Shown here in pieces: positions 30,040-48,120 of a stretch of 64,000 nucleotides of DNA; the first letter of the stretch is position 1, and every line of letters begins with the position of its first letter. This DNA is from the human T2T-CHM13v2.0 reference genome, Homo sapiens. The stretch lies in NCBI RefSeq assembly GCF_009914755.1, contig NC_060941.1; one strand, given 5' to 3'. The position numbers were made by a program, and so were the translations under genes. The notes under the pieces are model-generated. The model saw only the letters and a list, made by a program, of their open reading frames with translations. It was not told the DNA's origin and ran no database searches.

Positions 30040-30352
30040 TGAGTAGCTGTGATTACAGGCATGCACCACCACACCGAGCTAATTTTTGTATTTTTAGTAG
30101 GGACGGGGTTTCACCATCTTGACCGGGCTGGTCTTGAACTCCTGACCTCAGGTGATCCACCCTCCTCAACCGCCCAAAGTGCTGACATTACAGAAGTGAG
30201 TTACTGTGCCCGGCCATCTTGGGAGCTTTTGATGACTTCTTCCCTCCCCAGCTTGCCCTCTGCCCCTCCCCTCTGCCCACTCCTTGGCACTGGGACGTTG
30301 CTGTGGCCGGCCTGGCTCACTGCAGCCACTCACTTTCACCTGGGCCACGTAC

Positions 30353-30510
30353 CTGAATAAGGCTTTTAGGTTCTCAGGCAGCTCCGCGCGTCCGGCGTAC
30401 CCAGGGTTCATGGTGATGAAGATACCGACGGTGGGAATGAGGCCTATGATCTCTCCCAGGAAATTGAATGCTTTTTTCTTGGCCCGAATTGCATCCTGGA
30501 CACATTTTAC
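30353..30510 (-). CDS. DNAH17: DNAH17 exon (VKCVQDAI...[22 protein letters not shown])
   Basis: gtgcag acceptor, AG|gtacgt donor, 158 nt. Confidence 0.95.
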
Positions 30511-30998
30511 CTGCACGGTTGGTGACACAGACATGTTAGCATGGAAATGGCCAGCTTCCACACACCAGAGAGGCCTTCACATATGTTAAAGCATGAGGCT
30601 GCGAATTTGCGCCTGCAAATTCAAACCTCCTAGTTTATTTTTTAAATTAAGCCTTTTATTTTTGAGAAAGTTGTAGATTTGCATGCCATGTAGGAAATAA
30701 TACAGAGGGCCAGGCACAGTGGCTCACACCTGTAATCCCAGCACTTTGGGAGGCTGAGGCTGGAGGATGATTTGAGCCCAGCCTAGGCAACATAGCAAGA
30801 CCCTGTCTCAATAAAAAATACAAAAGACAGTGATTGGGGGGAAGAAAAAAAAATACAAAGGCAATTCTGTGTACTCTCTGCCCCATGTAGCCTGATGGGA
30901 ACATCTTGCCTAATAACAGTACCAGTCACAGCGGGGGTGGTGGGCGGGGGGAGGGTGGGCGCGACACTGAGACCAGCATTGCTGTCACCATGGGGTGA

Positions 30999-31384
<386 letters not shown>

Positions 31385-32630
31385 TGATCCGCCCGCCTCG
31401 GCCTCCCAAAGTACTGGGATTACAGGCGTGAGCCACCACGCCCGGCCCCCAGATGGACTTTTATCACTCAGCAGAATTCTCTGGAGATGCACCCAGGCTG
31501 TTGCAGGAACCAGTAAGTATTTCAACACCTTGTCCCTGCTGAGTTGGGTTCCACTCCCAGCCCTTTTCTGTCCTGTTACTACTCTGGCAATGACCTGTCA
31601 GAGGACTGGTTAGCGGCCACCTCCGTATCAGACAGTCTTGAAGGCCAACTGTCAGCTACGAGGTTAAACCTAGAGCATCAGGGGCCGTTGCCTGCTTGAG
31701 GTCTCCTCTGGAAACCTGCAGAAGACAGCTGTGTCTCTCCAAGTCACCACTTGAGGGGGCCCAATACTCGCGGTAAAGCTGCTCCCAGCACCTGCCTTTC
31801 CCTGTCTTCCCCAGGACAGCCAAGTCCTGGTGCCCTGGTGATCCCAGACACCCCCATGCCCAGTCTGCTGAGCGTGCAGCTTGTCCCCTGGCAGGACTGG
31901 GGCCTTTCGGAACAGCACCGCTTCCAGCTAGGCCAAGCCTCTCCTGTGGTCTCCATTGGAGCCCGTGAACATTCAGTGCCCAGAGTAGGGGCTATATAAA
32001 TATTCTGGGGTTTGTTCATGGACGTCGGAGGTGCTCAGCAGCTCTGCTCCTGTGCTGGGGGCAAGGGAGAGGGTCCCCACGGCAACAGCCAGCACTGCCC
32101 ATGGTTTGGGGTCCCCATTCTCTTGGTCATGGGGCCTCCAGCCCTGGGGCTGGGGAATGACTGAGGCAGAGGGAGCATAAGGAGAGGAGGAAGCAGCCAC
32201 CCCAGGCACCTCTAATCCTGCTGGCAGACCTGTGTCACCAACACCGCCTTACAGGTTAGAAGGTGGAGGCACAGGGAGTCCACATCACTGCCAAGCCGAG
32301 AGTCAGGGGTTAAGTTGGTGTATAAAGCAGGCTCTCAGCCGGGCACGACGGCTCACGCCTGTAATCCCAGCAGTTTGGGAGGCCGAGGTGGGTGGATCAC
32401 CTGAGGTCAGGAGTTCAAGACCAACCTGACCAACATGGAGAAACCCCATCTCTACTAAAAATACAAAATTAGCCGGGCGTGGTGGTGCACGCCTGCAATC
32501 CCAGCTACTCGGGAGGCTGAGGCAGGAGAATTGCTTAAACCCGGGAGGCGGAGGTTCAGTGAACCGAGACTGTGCCATTGCACTCCAGCCTGGGCAACAA
32601 GAGTAAAACTCCGTCTCAAAAAACAAAACA

Positions 32631-32665
<35 letters not shown>

Positions 32666-33478
32666 AGCAGGCTCTCCACCCAGGTTGTGGGGCTTAAGCA
32701 GCCCAGGAGGCATTTGCACGTCCACACCCCACATGCTCCTGGTCTATCCTGTGGTGGGAGGACCTTGACACCGCCAACGCCCTGACTTGCATTTCCTTTT
32801 GGAAGAGCACAATTGTCCCAGGCCGCTAGGTCGGCCTCCACTTACCTTAGACAGCCCAGTGCTTCTCAACCCCCAGCATGCGTCAGGATCACCTGAGGCA
32901 TTTGTTTAAAATGCAGAAATGCTCCTCCTAACAAGTGGGGCCCACGCTGGAGATTTTAACAAGCATCAGTGGGGGTGGGGCGCTGGCCCAGGCTGCTCCC
33001 CAATCCGAAGTCCCTGCACCCAGGTCGCCCCAGCCACTCCGCTGCACGCTCTGTGCCCCGGCATGGTTGTTCCCAAAACACACGGGCGCATTTCCTCCCT
33101 CCTCCTCTTCCTCCCTCTCCCCCTCCTTTCTTTCTTTCCTGCCATTCCCTTTCAGCACCTCCTATGCCCAGCTCCGCTGATACCAATAACAAAGCACTTT
33201 GTCTTTCTTTCCTAAGCAAAATTAATTATTCTCCCACCTGTATTTTGTTACACGTTTGCTACCATACATGTAACCTGTAATCTGATTCTGTTTTCAATGT
33301 GTTTGCCTAACCAGGCTTTGGGACCCTGGAGGGCAAGAGCTCAATGGCACCACACCACCCTTCGGTGCTTGGAACGTTGCAGAGAGGCAAGGAGGGTCTA
33401 TCTGGCGTGTGAGGTCACAGGAAAGCTGACGAGCCAGTTACCCGACGTGACCCCGAGGCCGCAGGCAGGGGACTTTAC

Positions 33479-33583
33479 CTGCACGGCAATCACAGACAAG
33501 ACTTCCACTGAGATGCGATTAAACTCGTCAAAGCAGCCCCAGGCTCCCGTCTGGGCCAGGCCCTTGTAGATATTTCCACAGGA
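33479..33583 (-). CDS. DNAH17: DNAH17 exon with AAA1 Walker B (WGCFDEFNR)
   Basis: ttccag acceptor, CAG|gtaaag donor, 105 nt. Confidence 0.95.
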
Positions 33584-34776
33584 CTGGAAAGGGCGAGATG
33601 GAGAAAGGAAGAGCTGGGAGGGTGACAGGGAGGGCGGGCGCTGCAGGGGCCTCCCCCTGCCTCTTCGGCTGTGTTTTCTCTTCCCAAAGCTTGCTCAGGC
33701 CCCGGTGCATTGGAGCCTTCCGCAGGCCAGCAGGCAGGTCAGCTTACTGCCCAGGGTAACACCGTGGAGGGCTGGACACGAGGAAGAGCCATCCTTTCAC
33801 CCTTGCCTCCCAGACCCCAGGATGGGGACTTCCTGGAGTCCCTAATAAGGGGCTCAGACAAGCACATTTAAGTTCTAAACCTTGCATGTTTTACTCAGCC
33901 CTTTTCTTTCTTGCGTGGAGAGGAGAGGGAGTCCTCTAAGGCGGGATGGGGGCACGTCTAGCAGGCCGGAGGCTTTCCCTCAAGACATCTGTGTCTCTCT
34001 AGGCCCCACCTGGGCCAATCAGAAGGACTCGTCCCATCTACACCTGGGATTCCAGGTGGATGTTAAGTCCCTTCCAGGGAGATCCAACTTCAGATTTCAC
34101 TTTTCTAAAATCCAGGAGGCGGATGTGGACTGCGTGGCCCTGACAGTGAACATGGGCTGCTGGTCCCATCCTCAGCCTCAGGAGGGGGCCCCCAGATTGT
34201 GGGGCTCAGATCCAAGCTGGGGAGGGGAGACCCTCTGCAGGCCTAGGGTCCAAAACTCAGGGTTCCATCCCCCTTGCCTTCCCGTCTTGCAAGAGGCTGC
34301 TGCAGCCTGGAGCTCCGAGGTATCCCCTTCCCCTCCCTGGCCTCCTGTGAGCCGACGATGTCCTGTGCAGGCTCTAATGACTGATGGGACCGGGCCAATC
34401 CCCTGCTCCCCTCCCAAACCCACCTGGACACTGCTTGTACCCCACCCCATGCTGAACCATGAGGGAGGTGCTCACCCCTGTGCGGAGTCCCCAGTTCGGG
34501 GCAATCTTAACAACTGAAATTGAGAGAGGGTCACCTCCAGGGCAGGGGCTGGGGCAGGACATTTGGGGCTGCGTCTGTCCACCCTGGAAGTCTTTCCAGA
34601 GGGACCACCTGAGGGGGATGCTACCAGCAAGTGGGGGCCCTGGCACCTCCTCTCCAGTGCCATTCACAGGTATCCAGAGATCTGGAGTTTACTGTGGGGC
34701 CTCGGAGGACAGGGTGCTAGGATCTGCTTCTATAAAAGACGACTCTGGGTGCCTCCTCCGGACCCCGGCCGCGTAC

Positions 34777-34933
34777 CTTGTAGTCCATCTGCTCGGAGCA
34801 GTTGAAGACGTAGACCATGGTGCCCAGGGCTCTGCCCAGGTCCTTGGTCGTCTCAGTCTTGCCGGTCCCAGCGGGGCCGGCGGGGGCTCCACCCATGATG
34901 AGATGGAGGGACTGGGTCAGGGTGATATAGCAC
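34777..34933 (-). CDS. DNAH17: DNAH17 exon with AAA1 P-loop GPAGTGKT
   Basis: ttgcag acceptor, AAG|gtacgc donor, 157 nt. Confidence 0.95.
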
Positions 34934-35655
34934 CTGCAAGTGACCACAGGTAAGCGTGTGTGCCAGTGACCCCATGGCCTCCCTGCTTTTATTTTTTTGA
35001 GACAGAGTCTCACTCTGTCACCCAGGCTGGAGTGCAGTGGTACAATCTTGGCTCGCTGCAACCTCTGCCTCCTGGGTTCAAATGATTCTCATGCCTCAGC
35101 CTCCCAAGTAGCTGGGACTATAGGCGCCCGCCACCATGCCCGGCTAATTTTTGTATTTTCAGTAGAGATGAGGTTTTGCTATGTTGGCCAGGCTGGTCTT
35201 GAACTCCTGACGTCAGGTGATCCACCCACCTCGGCCTCCCAAAGTGCTGGGATTACAGGCATGAGCCCCAGGAGACACATGGGAGAGGGCAGAAAACCTT
35301 CAGGTGTGAAGGAGGAACCACAACCGTGGAGCAGAGGCAGCCCAGGTGCCTTTCCCACCTGTGGCATTCAGGGAGGTGGGCACTGCTACGACAACCAGAG
35401 TCTGCTCATGAGGGTCCATAAAACATGACCCCAACTCAGCAGGCCCACAGAGGGGTGCAGGAACTCTCCCAAGGCCACACAGCCGGTGCTAGAACAAGGA
35501 CACGGTGGTAGAACTGAATGTGAACACAGGTCCACCTGACGCAAATGCCCAGTCCTTCCAGCCTCCACAGCTGACCTCCAAGTCGGACAGTTCCAAGAAT
35601 CATGCGGAAGGGACCCACCAAGAGCACATGTGAGTTACTCAGGGACGGGCCTCAC

Positions 35656-35816
35656 CTGTCAGTGAGTGGGGTGATGACCAGCCGCGGCGTGTTGCCCAGA
35701 TACTCATAGGAATACTGGATTTGGGCATCGCAGATGTTGGCAAAGCAGTGTCGCTTCTCTTCGTCCCAGCGATGCCGGAGCTGGGCCTGCCAGGTGAAGG
35801 CCTGAGAACTCTCCAC
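35656..35816 (-). CDS. DNAH17: DNAH17 exon (VESSQAF...[17 protein letters not shown]), start of AAA1
   Basis: ctgcag acceptor, AG|gtgagg donor, 161 nt. Confidence 0.94.
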
Positions 35817-36213
35817 CTGCAGGATGAGCCGGAGCTCTTGTTGCCAGGTGGAATACAAGAGCTAGGGCTGCCTAAGGAAGGCCAGCATGCCTCCAAGGCC
35901 GGTCCCCTGCTGCCCAGGGAACCCTCCCTGGCCCTCTTTCCCCCTCCAGCACCCACATCCAACTGTATGGCCACCCTCAGTGGAATCTCGCTACAGAATG
36001 GCACTTCCAATGGGCGGGCACCGCTCATCTGACTGCTGTGTGTTGCTCACCAGGGGTGAGTCCGGGCAAGGAGGTTAGGAGGCAGCTGCAGCCAGCAACA
36101 GAGTCAGTGCCCCAGGAAGAGGAAGTGGCAGGGTCTGAAGTCCCTGAATGCACTGCCCTGAACCCGGCGTCCCCTTGCCCTTCCCCTGGCCCCTGGGACA
36201 GGGGCGCTCATGC

Positions 36214-36345
36214 CTTGGCCACGATCATTTTGGCCACCACGTCCCGTGCGTGCACATCGATGGTGCAGATGGTCATGATCTTCATCCTGTCGCCAGCGTT
36301 GAGGTTCCCAATGAGCAGCGTGATGAGTACGTTCAGCTGGCTAAT
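36214..36345 (-). CDS. DNAH17: DNAH17 exon (ISQLNVLI...[15 protein letters not shown]) with GC donor
   Basis: ccgcag acceptor, AAG|gcatga non-canonical donor, 132 nt; DVHARD motif. Confidence 0.87.
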
Positions 36346-37062
36346 CTGCGGGGGAGAGTGCCTTCGATGAGACACCACGGGTGCCCACATGCACTGGGGG
36401 GTCTTGTGGCTGGGTGCCCACAGCTGCATAGGGAACACCACCATGCTTTTGTTTACAGTAATGAAAAACAAGAGCGCCCTCGGTAGGCCCCAGCCAGGCA
36501 CTGGTTTCACCAGGGTGCGGCCCTGATGGGACACCTGGCAGTGGCTAGCATGGACGTAGTAGAAGGAAATTCAAGGCCACGAGAGAGGGTGGATGAGAAG
36601 CAAAAACAGCTGACTTTAACGCCATCCAGAGTCTGTATATTTTTACATATAAATCAATTATACACACACAGAGTAACAGGTTGCATAAGGGCCCTGCAGT
36701 GTCATGCTTGGGTTGTGGAATTACAGGTAAATTCTCCTTCTTTTCAAGATGATCTTTTGTTTCCATATTTCTAACCAAGGACATTTTTTTTTTAAAGACT
36801 CTCAGTAGCATCTGCCAATTTTCAGGCGAGAAATCAAAGTACATATTTCTGAAGGTGTCTGTTACTCGTGGGGAGAGGTGCCTGGGGCTGTGGTGCGTGG
36901 CTGTTATTTGGCCTGTGGAAACGACGGTTTTGCGGGGCTCAGCCTCCGAGAAGAAGCCGCTCCAGGTACTCGCCCGGCAGGTTTCAGAAGGATACACGGG
37001 CCCATGCAACTGCTTTTTAAACAAGTTTTAAAAACGTAACTAACTACACACTAGTAACACAC

Positions 37063-37170
37063 CTGCTTTTTGTTATAATCTTTGATAGCGTTTTCATAGC
37101 CTTCCTCCAGCCTGGCAAATGCCAGGCCCACCTCGGTCGTCCACCAGATCTGGGTGCAAGTCAGGGCCAC
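37063..37170 (-). CDS. DNAH17: DNAH17 exon ([11 protein letters not shown]...DYNKKQ)
   Basis: Read manually (absent from the ORF track); tttcag acceptor, CAG|gtgtgt donor, 108 nt. Confidence 0.92.
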
Positions 37171-37357
37171 CTGAAAGTACATACCCCCCATTGCCCACGC
37201 AGTGAGCGATCGCTGGCGCCTGCTAACGCAGACATTCCTGCTGAAAGCTTAGATGGTTTTCCAGGGGACCACAGTTAACAGCGGAGCCCATGAACGCAAA
37301 GAAACTCGCCCCTTATCTCAGCCACGAGGCGCCGCCGAGCCCCCACCCGCCTCAGAC

Positions 37358-37483
37358 CTGGGCTGGGTAGTCCAGGATCCACTGCTCCCTCGGCTTCTCT
37401 TCGTAGGTCACCACGGCCTCTGGGATTTCGTGCCGGAGGGTAGAGCACATTCGGTCCAGCACTCGATTCAGCCACACTTCCAC
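37358..37483 (-). CDS. DNAH17: DNAH17 exon (VEVWLNRV...LDYPAQ)
   Basis: ccccag acceptor, CAG|gtctga donor, 126 nt. Confidence 0.92.
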
Positions 37484-37564
37484 CTGGGGACGGGAGCCAC
37501 GGTGACCAATACAGCCATGTGTGCCTGCCTCTAGTTCCAATAATTTTGTTTGTATTTGTTGTAA

Positions 37565-38833
<1,269 letters not shown>

Positions 38834-39348
38834 AGATTTTTCCTTTTAACTGGAAACACAGTGCAGGCAGGCCTCGCTGTGGTCTGCAGTTCTGTTTGTA
38901 AGGGGTAAGCCCAGGAAGCGAATCTAGACAGATGCTGTCACCACCCCACCCACCCCATCCACGTAGAGCAGGCCACGTGTGTGCTGTGTTCAACTCTTTG
39001 AACCTCAGGTTTTCTCGAGATTTTTTTTTTTTCTTCCTACAACTGATTTACCTCTGCATTGTATTTTCCTCAGGCTGATGTTAAAATGGTTTCTATTGCT
39101 TGATCAATAGTTGGGTAATGAGACAGGGGAGGGGGCAGCCCGGAAGTTTTCTGACGGCAGAAGGAGCCCGCCCTGAGCCGGGGGACGCGCTTGCTGGGGA
39201 AGGAAGAGGCTGTGGAGACCACTCTGAGTGGTGGGCTGTGCAGCCGATTATTTCAGACAGGTGATGGGAATTGGCAGTTCAGAGATGTGCAACCCCTTTT
39301 AAAGCAGTCCCTTTGGCAAAAGCCATGGAAAGGATTCAATGATATTAA

Positions 39349-39532
<184 letters not shown>

Positions 39533-39752
39533 TAAGGATACACTGGTGCTATATGGGTAAGGCTGGGCTGGAAATTCTATAAAGAGGCCCATCCCTTAAG
39601 TGTTTTCTAGAGAGGGAGAGGAGAGGAGCAGGGGCGGGCTGGCAGCTGCACAGGGTGCTGGTTCTCCGGACATCGCCATCTGAGGGCGTGTGGCCCACAC
39701 GCGTGCTGCACCCTTGTCCTGGGTTCCCTGTGTGGTGTGCGCACACACTCAC

Positions 39753-39905
39753 CTGCCCCGAGAGGTCGCATTCCTGATCAAAAACCATGTACTCGTCCTC
39801 CTTGCTGTACATTCCCAGGCCCACCTTGAGAGGTTTGTCACTGGCATCGAGCCGGAACTTCAGTTTACACAGGCTATCGAAGAGTTTGGACAGGTGGCGG
39901 CTCAC
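39753..39905 (-). CDS. DNAH17: DNAH17 exon (VSRHLSKLFD...CDLSGQ)
   Basis: tcccag acceptor, CAG|gtgagt donor, 153 nt. Confidence 0.92.
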
Positions 39906-40029
39906 CTGGGAGGAGGCAAGAAGCGGGAATTATGCAACGGGGGATTTGAAAGGCATGTGCGTGGCTTGGGCTTTCCGTGGGTGGTTTTAGGCATCGTTCT
40001 TTTTGGAATATACTCCCCATCTTTGATCA

Positions 40030-40767
<738 letters not shown>

Positions 40768-41180
40768 TCTTTTCTCTTTTAGAATAGCCCCAAGGAGCCA
40801 CCTGTTCCTTGCTCTTGGGACCCTGAGATTTAAGCAGCTGACCAGAGCAAGACCCACTGAGAGGTGTGTCTTTCAGAAACAGTGTCTTACTAAGCCTCTG
40901 GCATACGACCCATTTTCTAGAAGGGGAAAATGAGGCACAGAGAGGCAAATTAACTTCTCAAAAGCCAGGCCAAGTGCAGAGCAGGATGTGAGGTGAGTCC
41001 TGCCACGTTTCTACCATGGCTGGGGACCCCAGGGCAGCTTCTGGTGCAGAGGGCCTCCTGGAGATGATGGGGCACGTCCAAGGACACTTACCCCACCCTA
41101 GGGCGGTTGAGGCAGAGGTGCCCACCTGGGGTCTGGCATGATGTTGGCTTAAACACCGGAATGCAAGGGGCCCCGCCTAC

Positions 41181-41307
41181 CTCCACGGGGTCATTGCCAT
41201 TGGAGAGAATGTCCAGGAGGTCAGCCGAGGAGACAAAATAGAACCGGGGGAAAGCCAGTCTTTTCGTCTCTAAATACTCTGCCAAAGCCTTTTCACAGAT
41301 GGCCAAG
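41181..41307 (-). CDS. DNAH17: DNAH17 exon (LAICEKAL...FPRFYFVS...NDPVE)
   Basis: tcccag acceptor, GAG|gtaggc donor, 127 nt; FPRFYF linker motif. Confidence 0.93.
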
Positions 41308-41738
41308 CTGGGAGGAAGGAAGGAAGTAGAGGAGGCCGGTGACCCTACTCTGTAGGGATGTCTGCCACCCACCCTGTCGGCGAAGGAAACTGATCATCCT
41401 GGAGATGCCTGGACTGCTGTTCACAGGCCTGGTTTAATTCAGAATCTCCTACCGGAGGCTCTCGTTTCTTTGCCATCCCCTGACCTTGTGGGCACTCCTA
41501 GGCAAGAGGGAGCATCATTTATTCTCCGGGTCATTGCTTCCTTCAAGGCCAAGGCATCACGTGGTGGGATGAGGCCGGGGAGTGTGTGCTCCCCAGGGAA
41601 AGGCAATTGATTAACCCAGGACCCATGGTTTTGCCCTGTCCTGGCCAGCAGGCTGCACAAGACTTAAGTTCCGTCAGACTTAAGACTTAGGGAATCTGCA
41701 CCACTGACTCCCCTGGTCTGGATAGGTGTGAGCCGCAC

Positions 41739-41830
41739 CTCTTCTTCAGGGCCTCCAGTTTATTGTAGAGGCCGGGTTTGCTGGTGGCTTCCACCACGTT
41801 GGGTGTTTTCACTGCATCTTCCATCAAGGC
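41739..41830 (-). CDS. DNAH17: DNAH17 exon (ALMEDAVK...LEALKK)
   Basis: tcccag acceptor, AG|gtgcgg donor, 92 nt. Confidence 0.9.
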
Positions 41831-41918
41831 CTGGGAAGAGAAGGGGATCGCCAAGGCATTAGGGATCGCCACACACAGTCATTTCTGAAGTGCGTGGGAA
41901 CCACCAGGCTGTGCTCAC

Positions 41919-42266
41919 CTTGAATTCCTGGTTGATGTCGTCAAAGCGCTGGGAGTCCCCCGGGAGCTGGGCGCGGATGTCTTCGGAGCCGATGAAGATG
42001 CTCTCCAGGTGGCTCCAGGTTCGCTGGACCTCAAACCAGATGGAGATGACGGAGTCCGCCGTGGACAGCTTCTGCTGCCAGCTTGTCACCTCCTTCAGGA
42101 AGTGGGCCAGGTACTTGGACATCATCAGGTTCTGCAGCTGCACCTGGTTGTCCTCCAGCGTCTCCACCAGCACCTCGCTGGACTTGAGCATCATGGTGCC
42201 TGTCCGCGGGTGCGGCTCGTGCTGGAATTCCATCATGCTCCAGGTACTGTCCAGGGCTTTCAGCAC
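41919..42266 (-). CDS. DNAH17: DNAH17 exon (VLKALDSTW...DDINQEFK), linker
   Basis: ccaaaag acceptor, AAG|gtgagc donor, 348 nt; VQRTWSHLESIF motif. Confidence 0.92.
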
Positions 42267-42429
42267 CTTTTGGGGGAACAGAAAAATAAGGTCACTGAGC
42301 ATTTGGCATGCAAAGCTCAGGCAGGACCCAGAGTTTCCAGGACACAGACTGAAGCTCCATGATCAGAAAGCAAAAAGGCTCAAACCAACGTATTCACAGG
42401 AGCCAAAGGCAGATCCAACCCGAACCTTC

Positions 42430-43800
42430 ATCCCCCAATGATGGATGCATGCGATCTCTGTCCATATAATGGAACATAAGCCACTAAAGGAATGAAGTAC
42501 AGACACCTGCCACAACGCGGATAAACCTGAAGACCCTAGGCTGAGTGAAAGAAGCCACACGCTCAGACCACATAGTGCACGCAAAGGAGATCAGAACGTG
42601 CCACCCCAAAATATGCCATCCTGCAATTGACAATTTTGAGTCAGAGGCACTTGAAGGGCAGCAGATGCAGGACTCTCTCTCTGAGCCTCATGCTGTTCCT
42701 GGGAAGCAGGAGATGCAATTCCCAGGTGAATGATGCTCTTCTGATACCAGAATGAAACGATCATTCTCATCACTAGGATGGGAAGTGGAGGCGGAAAGAA
42801 TCCTGTCCGCTCAGACCCTTTTAGAACAGCTCTCACCTTCCAGCCTCTTACACAGATTACTTTTCTACAACTTACGCTTTCTGCAACTCAATACTTAAGT
42901 GTTCAACTCTAACTGCGTTTTGGAGTCTTCCTTTCCTCCCATACCACAGAAAACTTGGATTTAAATAATTTGCATACTTTTCTCCTCTTGATCTATCTTA
43001 CGTCAATGGAATTCTCAGACCCAGCTGGAAAAAACCCTAAAAGCATAGTGAAAATGTTGCCTCCTCTACCTATGATGCCATTCCTATGAAAGTGTGGAAG
43101 AGGGGGATCTATAGAGGGGGAAAGTGGATTAGTGGTTGCCTAGAGCTGGAGATGGGGACATGTGAGAGGAAAGGGGTAGGGGATGATGGCTAAAGGATAT
43201 GGATTTCTTTTTGAGGTGATGAAAATATTCTAAAATTTGTTAATTCTATTTTTTATTTTTATTTTTTTAAAAATTATAATTTTTTTTAGGGACAGGGTCC
43301 AGCCCAGGCTGGAGTGCAGCAGCATGATCACAGCTCACCGCAGCCTCCATCTCCTGAGCTCAATTCATCCTCCCACTTCAGCCTCCCAAGTAGCTGGGAC
43401 TACAGGTGTGTGTCACCATGTGCCCAGCTGTTTTTTTTTTTTTTTTGAGATGGAGTCTCACTTTGTCACCCAGGCTGGACTGCAGTGGCGCGATCTCAGC
43501 TCACTGCAACGTTGGGATTACAGGCGTGAGCCACCGTGCCCGGTCCCCCGCTAATTTTTTTAAATTTATTTATTTTTTTTGTAGAGATGGGGTCTGCCTA
43601 TGTTGCCCAGGCTGGCCTTCTCTTGAACTCCTGGGCTCAAGCGCTCCTCCTGCCTCCCAAAGTGCTGGGATTATAGGCAGGAGCCCCCACCCTCTGCTGT
43701 TGAATATGTGCTGATTACACACTTGTAACTATGCTAAAAGCCACTGCACACTTTAAACAGGCGAACTGTATGGTATGTGAATTATATCTAATAAAGTTTT
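42430..43800 (+). mobile_element. Old L1M 3' end with an inserted ERV1 (MER34-like) LTR at about 42580-43070 and nested Alus at about 43285-43690
   Basis: L1 3' motifs resume after the insert; LTR begins TCAGAACGTGCCACCCCAAAATATGCCA. Confidence 0.65.
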
Positions 43801-44097
43801 TTTGTTGTTGTTTTTATTTTTGTTTTTAAAGCAAGTCAAAATGTGACAATTCAAACTCACAAAACAGGCTGAGGAGAGAGATTTGAACCGCAAAAGGAGT
43901 TTTCCTGGATACTGGAACTGCCGGTAGCCAGTGGCGCATTAACAAGTTCAGGTACCAGCTGGGGGCCATCCCCCACCCATCCCCAACCCTCCCCTCAGCT
44001 GCGGAGTCAGAAGAAACAACTGACGTCCATGGAGGAGTCAGACGGGACCACAGACAAAGACGCTTGAGGCAAAGGAAATGCGAGTTCTGGTTATTTA

Positions 44098-44520
<423 letters not shown>

Positions 44521-44663
44521 TCACAGGTTGGGTAAGAAAGGCCCGCCAGACTTCCCGTGAGAGCCTTGGGGCTGCAGGACCCCTCTGGGCGCTCTCAGTG
44601 GTTGGAGGGGGCAGTTTCAGGCTGATCCCACGTTGCACAGACAGCACCGCCAGCACGGCCTAC

Positions 44664-44786
44664 CTTTTCCATGCCCGACTCCTTCACGGCCTTGTCCACG
44701 ATGTTGCGGACCTCATCCTCGTAACTGTGGAGGTTCAGCTGCAGTAAATCTGCCAGGGTCGTCTCTTCTGACATTTTAAATTTCAC
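44664..44786 (-). CDS. DNAH17: DNAH17 exon (VKFKMSEE...AVKESGMEK)
   Basis: cccttag acceptor, AAG|gtaggc donor, 123 nt. Confidence 0.92.
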
Positions 44787-45029
44787 CTAAGGGAAAAAAA
44801 TCCAAGCAGGATTCATTTCAGGTCATGTGCACTCTGCAGTGGGCAGACGTCATGATCCTTCATGGAGAGCCATTGCCGGGGCACGATCCCGGGCTGCTGG
44901 AGGGAGGGAGGCGAGCTCTGCTCTGCCATTTTCAGCTCTGAGACTTGAGGAAGTGACTTCTCCAAGCCTCACCTTCCTTCCCTGTAAAACCGCATAAGAG
45001 CAGAACGCACCTGCACTGGGCGGAATTGC

Positions 45030-45757
<728 letters not shown>

Positions 45758-46749
45758 CACCACCTTTGGCAGCTGCCGCATTCACAATAGGCAAAGCGCT
45801 CTGTGGCAGTGGCCGAATCACAGGTACTGTTACTCTAGTACCAGATCACCGTTAGTCTAGTACGAACATACCAGGTACTTGCCTAGTGCCACCCACTTCC
45901 CAAATCGCTTCCACGTCCCTTGTCTAATATTCTTTTTGGTGTCACATAGTCAGATGTTTCTGAGCATTGATTCTGAGCCCACTGTGGAATTTTAACCAAC
46001 AGATGGAACCTTGCATCTCTAATCACATTTGGGGACATATGTGCCCGAGGCTCACCAAGACCTCAGCTGTGCCCAGCTCCTTTCATGGAGATATTTAGCT
46101 GGTTGTTTATCACCGCCCAAGCGTCTCTCCCAGGGCACCCGGAAGGGGCACATGAACCTGTTACCAGGCATCCGGGAAATTTTTTGTCTCAACACTCGAA
46201 AGGCACCCCCAGGGGCTGGCTCCCAGACACCCAGATCCCTGGGGAGCAAGTGGGTGCCCCTGTGCCCTCAGGGTGGCCTGCATAGCTGGGTTTGCTTTTC
46301 CTTCCTTGGGCCTAGGGAGCAGAAGGGCCCTGGACAGTGTGGTGGGGGCGGAGCAGGAGCCTCTAACACTCCTCCTAGGTGGGCACCCTCCTGGGCTGGC
46401 TGGGACTTAATGAGAGATGGAGGGAACCATTTGTCCCCATTCTCCTACTTCCTGCATAGGTACGGATCTCTTGGGAAGCCGTGGGCTAAGCATTGCCGCT
46501 GTGCAGGCTTTGGGCCATGCTGCCCTTGGTCCTTGGGGTATGTTCTCACCGTTGTTCTTGCATTCTTTCATGCCAAGACCTGTCCCAGCCTTTCTGCTTG
46601 TCTTCACAGTTCTCACTCCCAAGGCCCAAGCCAAATTTCACACTCACTCAGAGCTTTTCCTTCCCTTCCCACCGCTTGAAGGTGGCACCCTCCTCTAGGT
46701 CTCAGGATCATCACTAAATATCTCCTGCACTTGGCATTCAAACCTGATT

Positions 46750-48120
<1,371 letters not shown>

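Noticed and set aside
41890-42441. Plus-strand ORFs overlapping exons (also 25862-26575, 20608-21046, 49044-49423)
   Set aside because: Antisense shadows of GC3-rich DNAH17 codons; no recognisable protein.
45815-45892. Short stretch with recurring CAGGTACT and CTAGTA words
   Set aside because: Too short and degenerate to define a period or family; may be chance.
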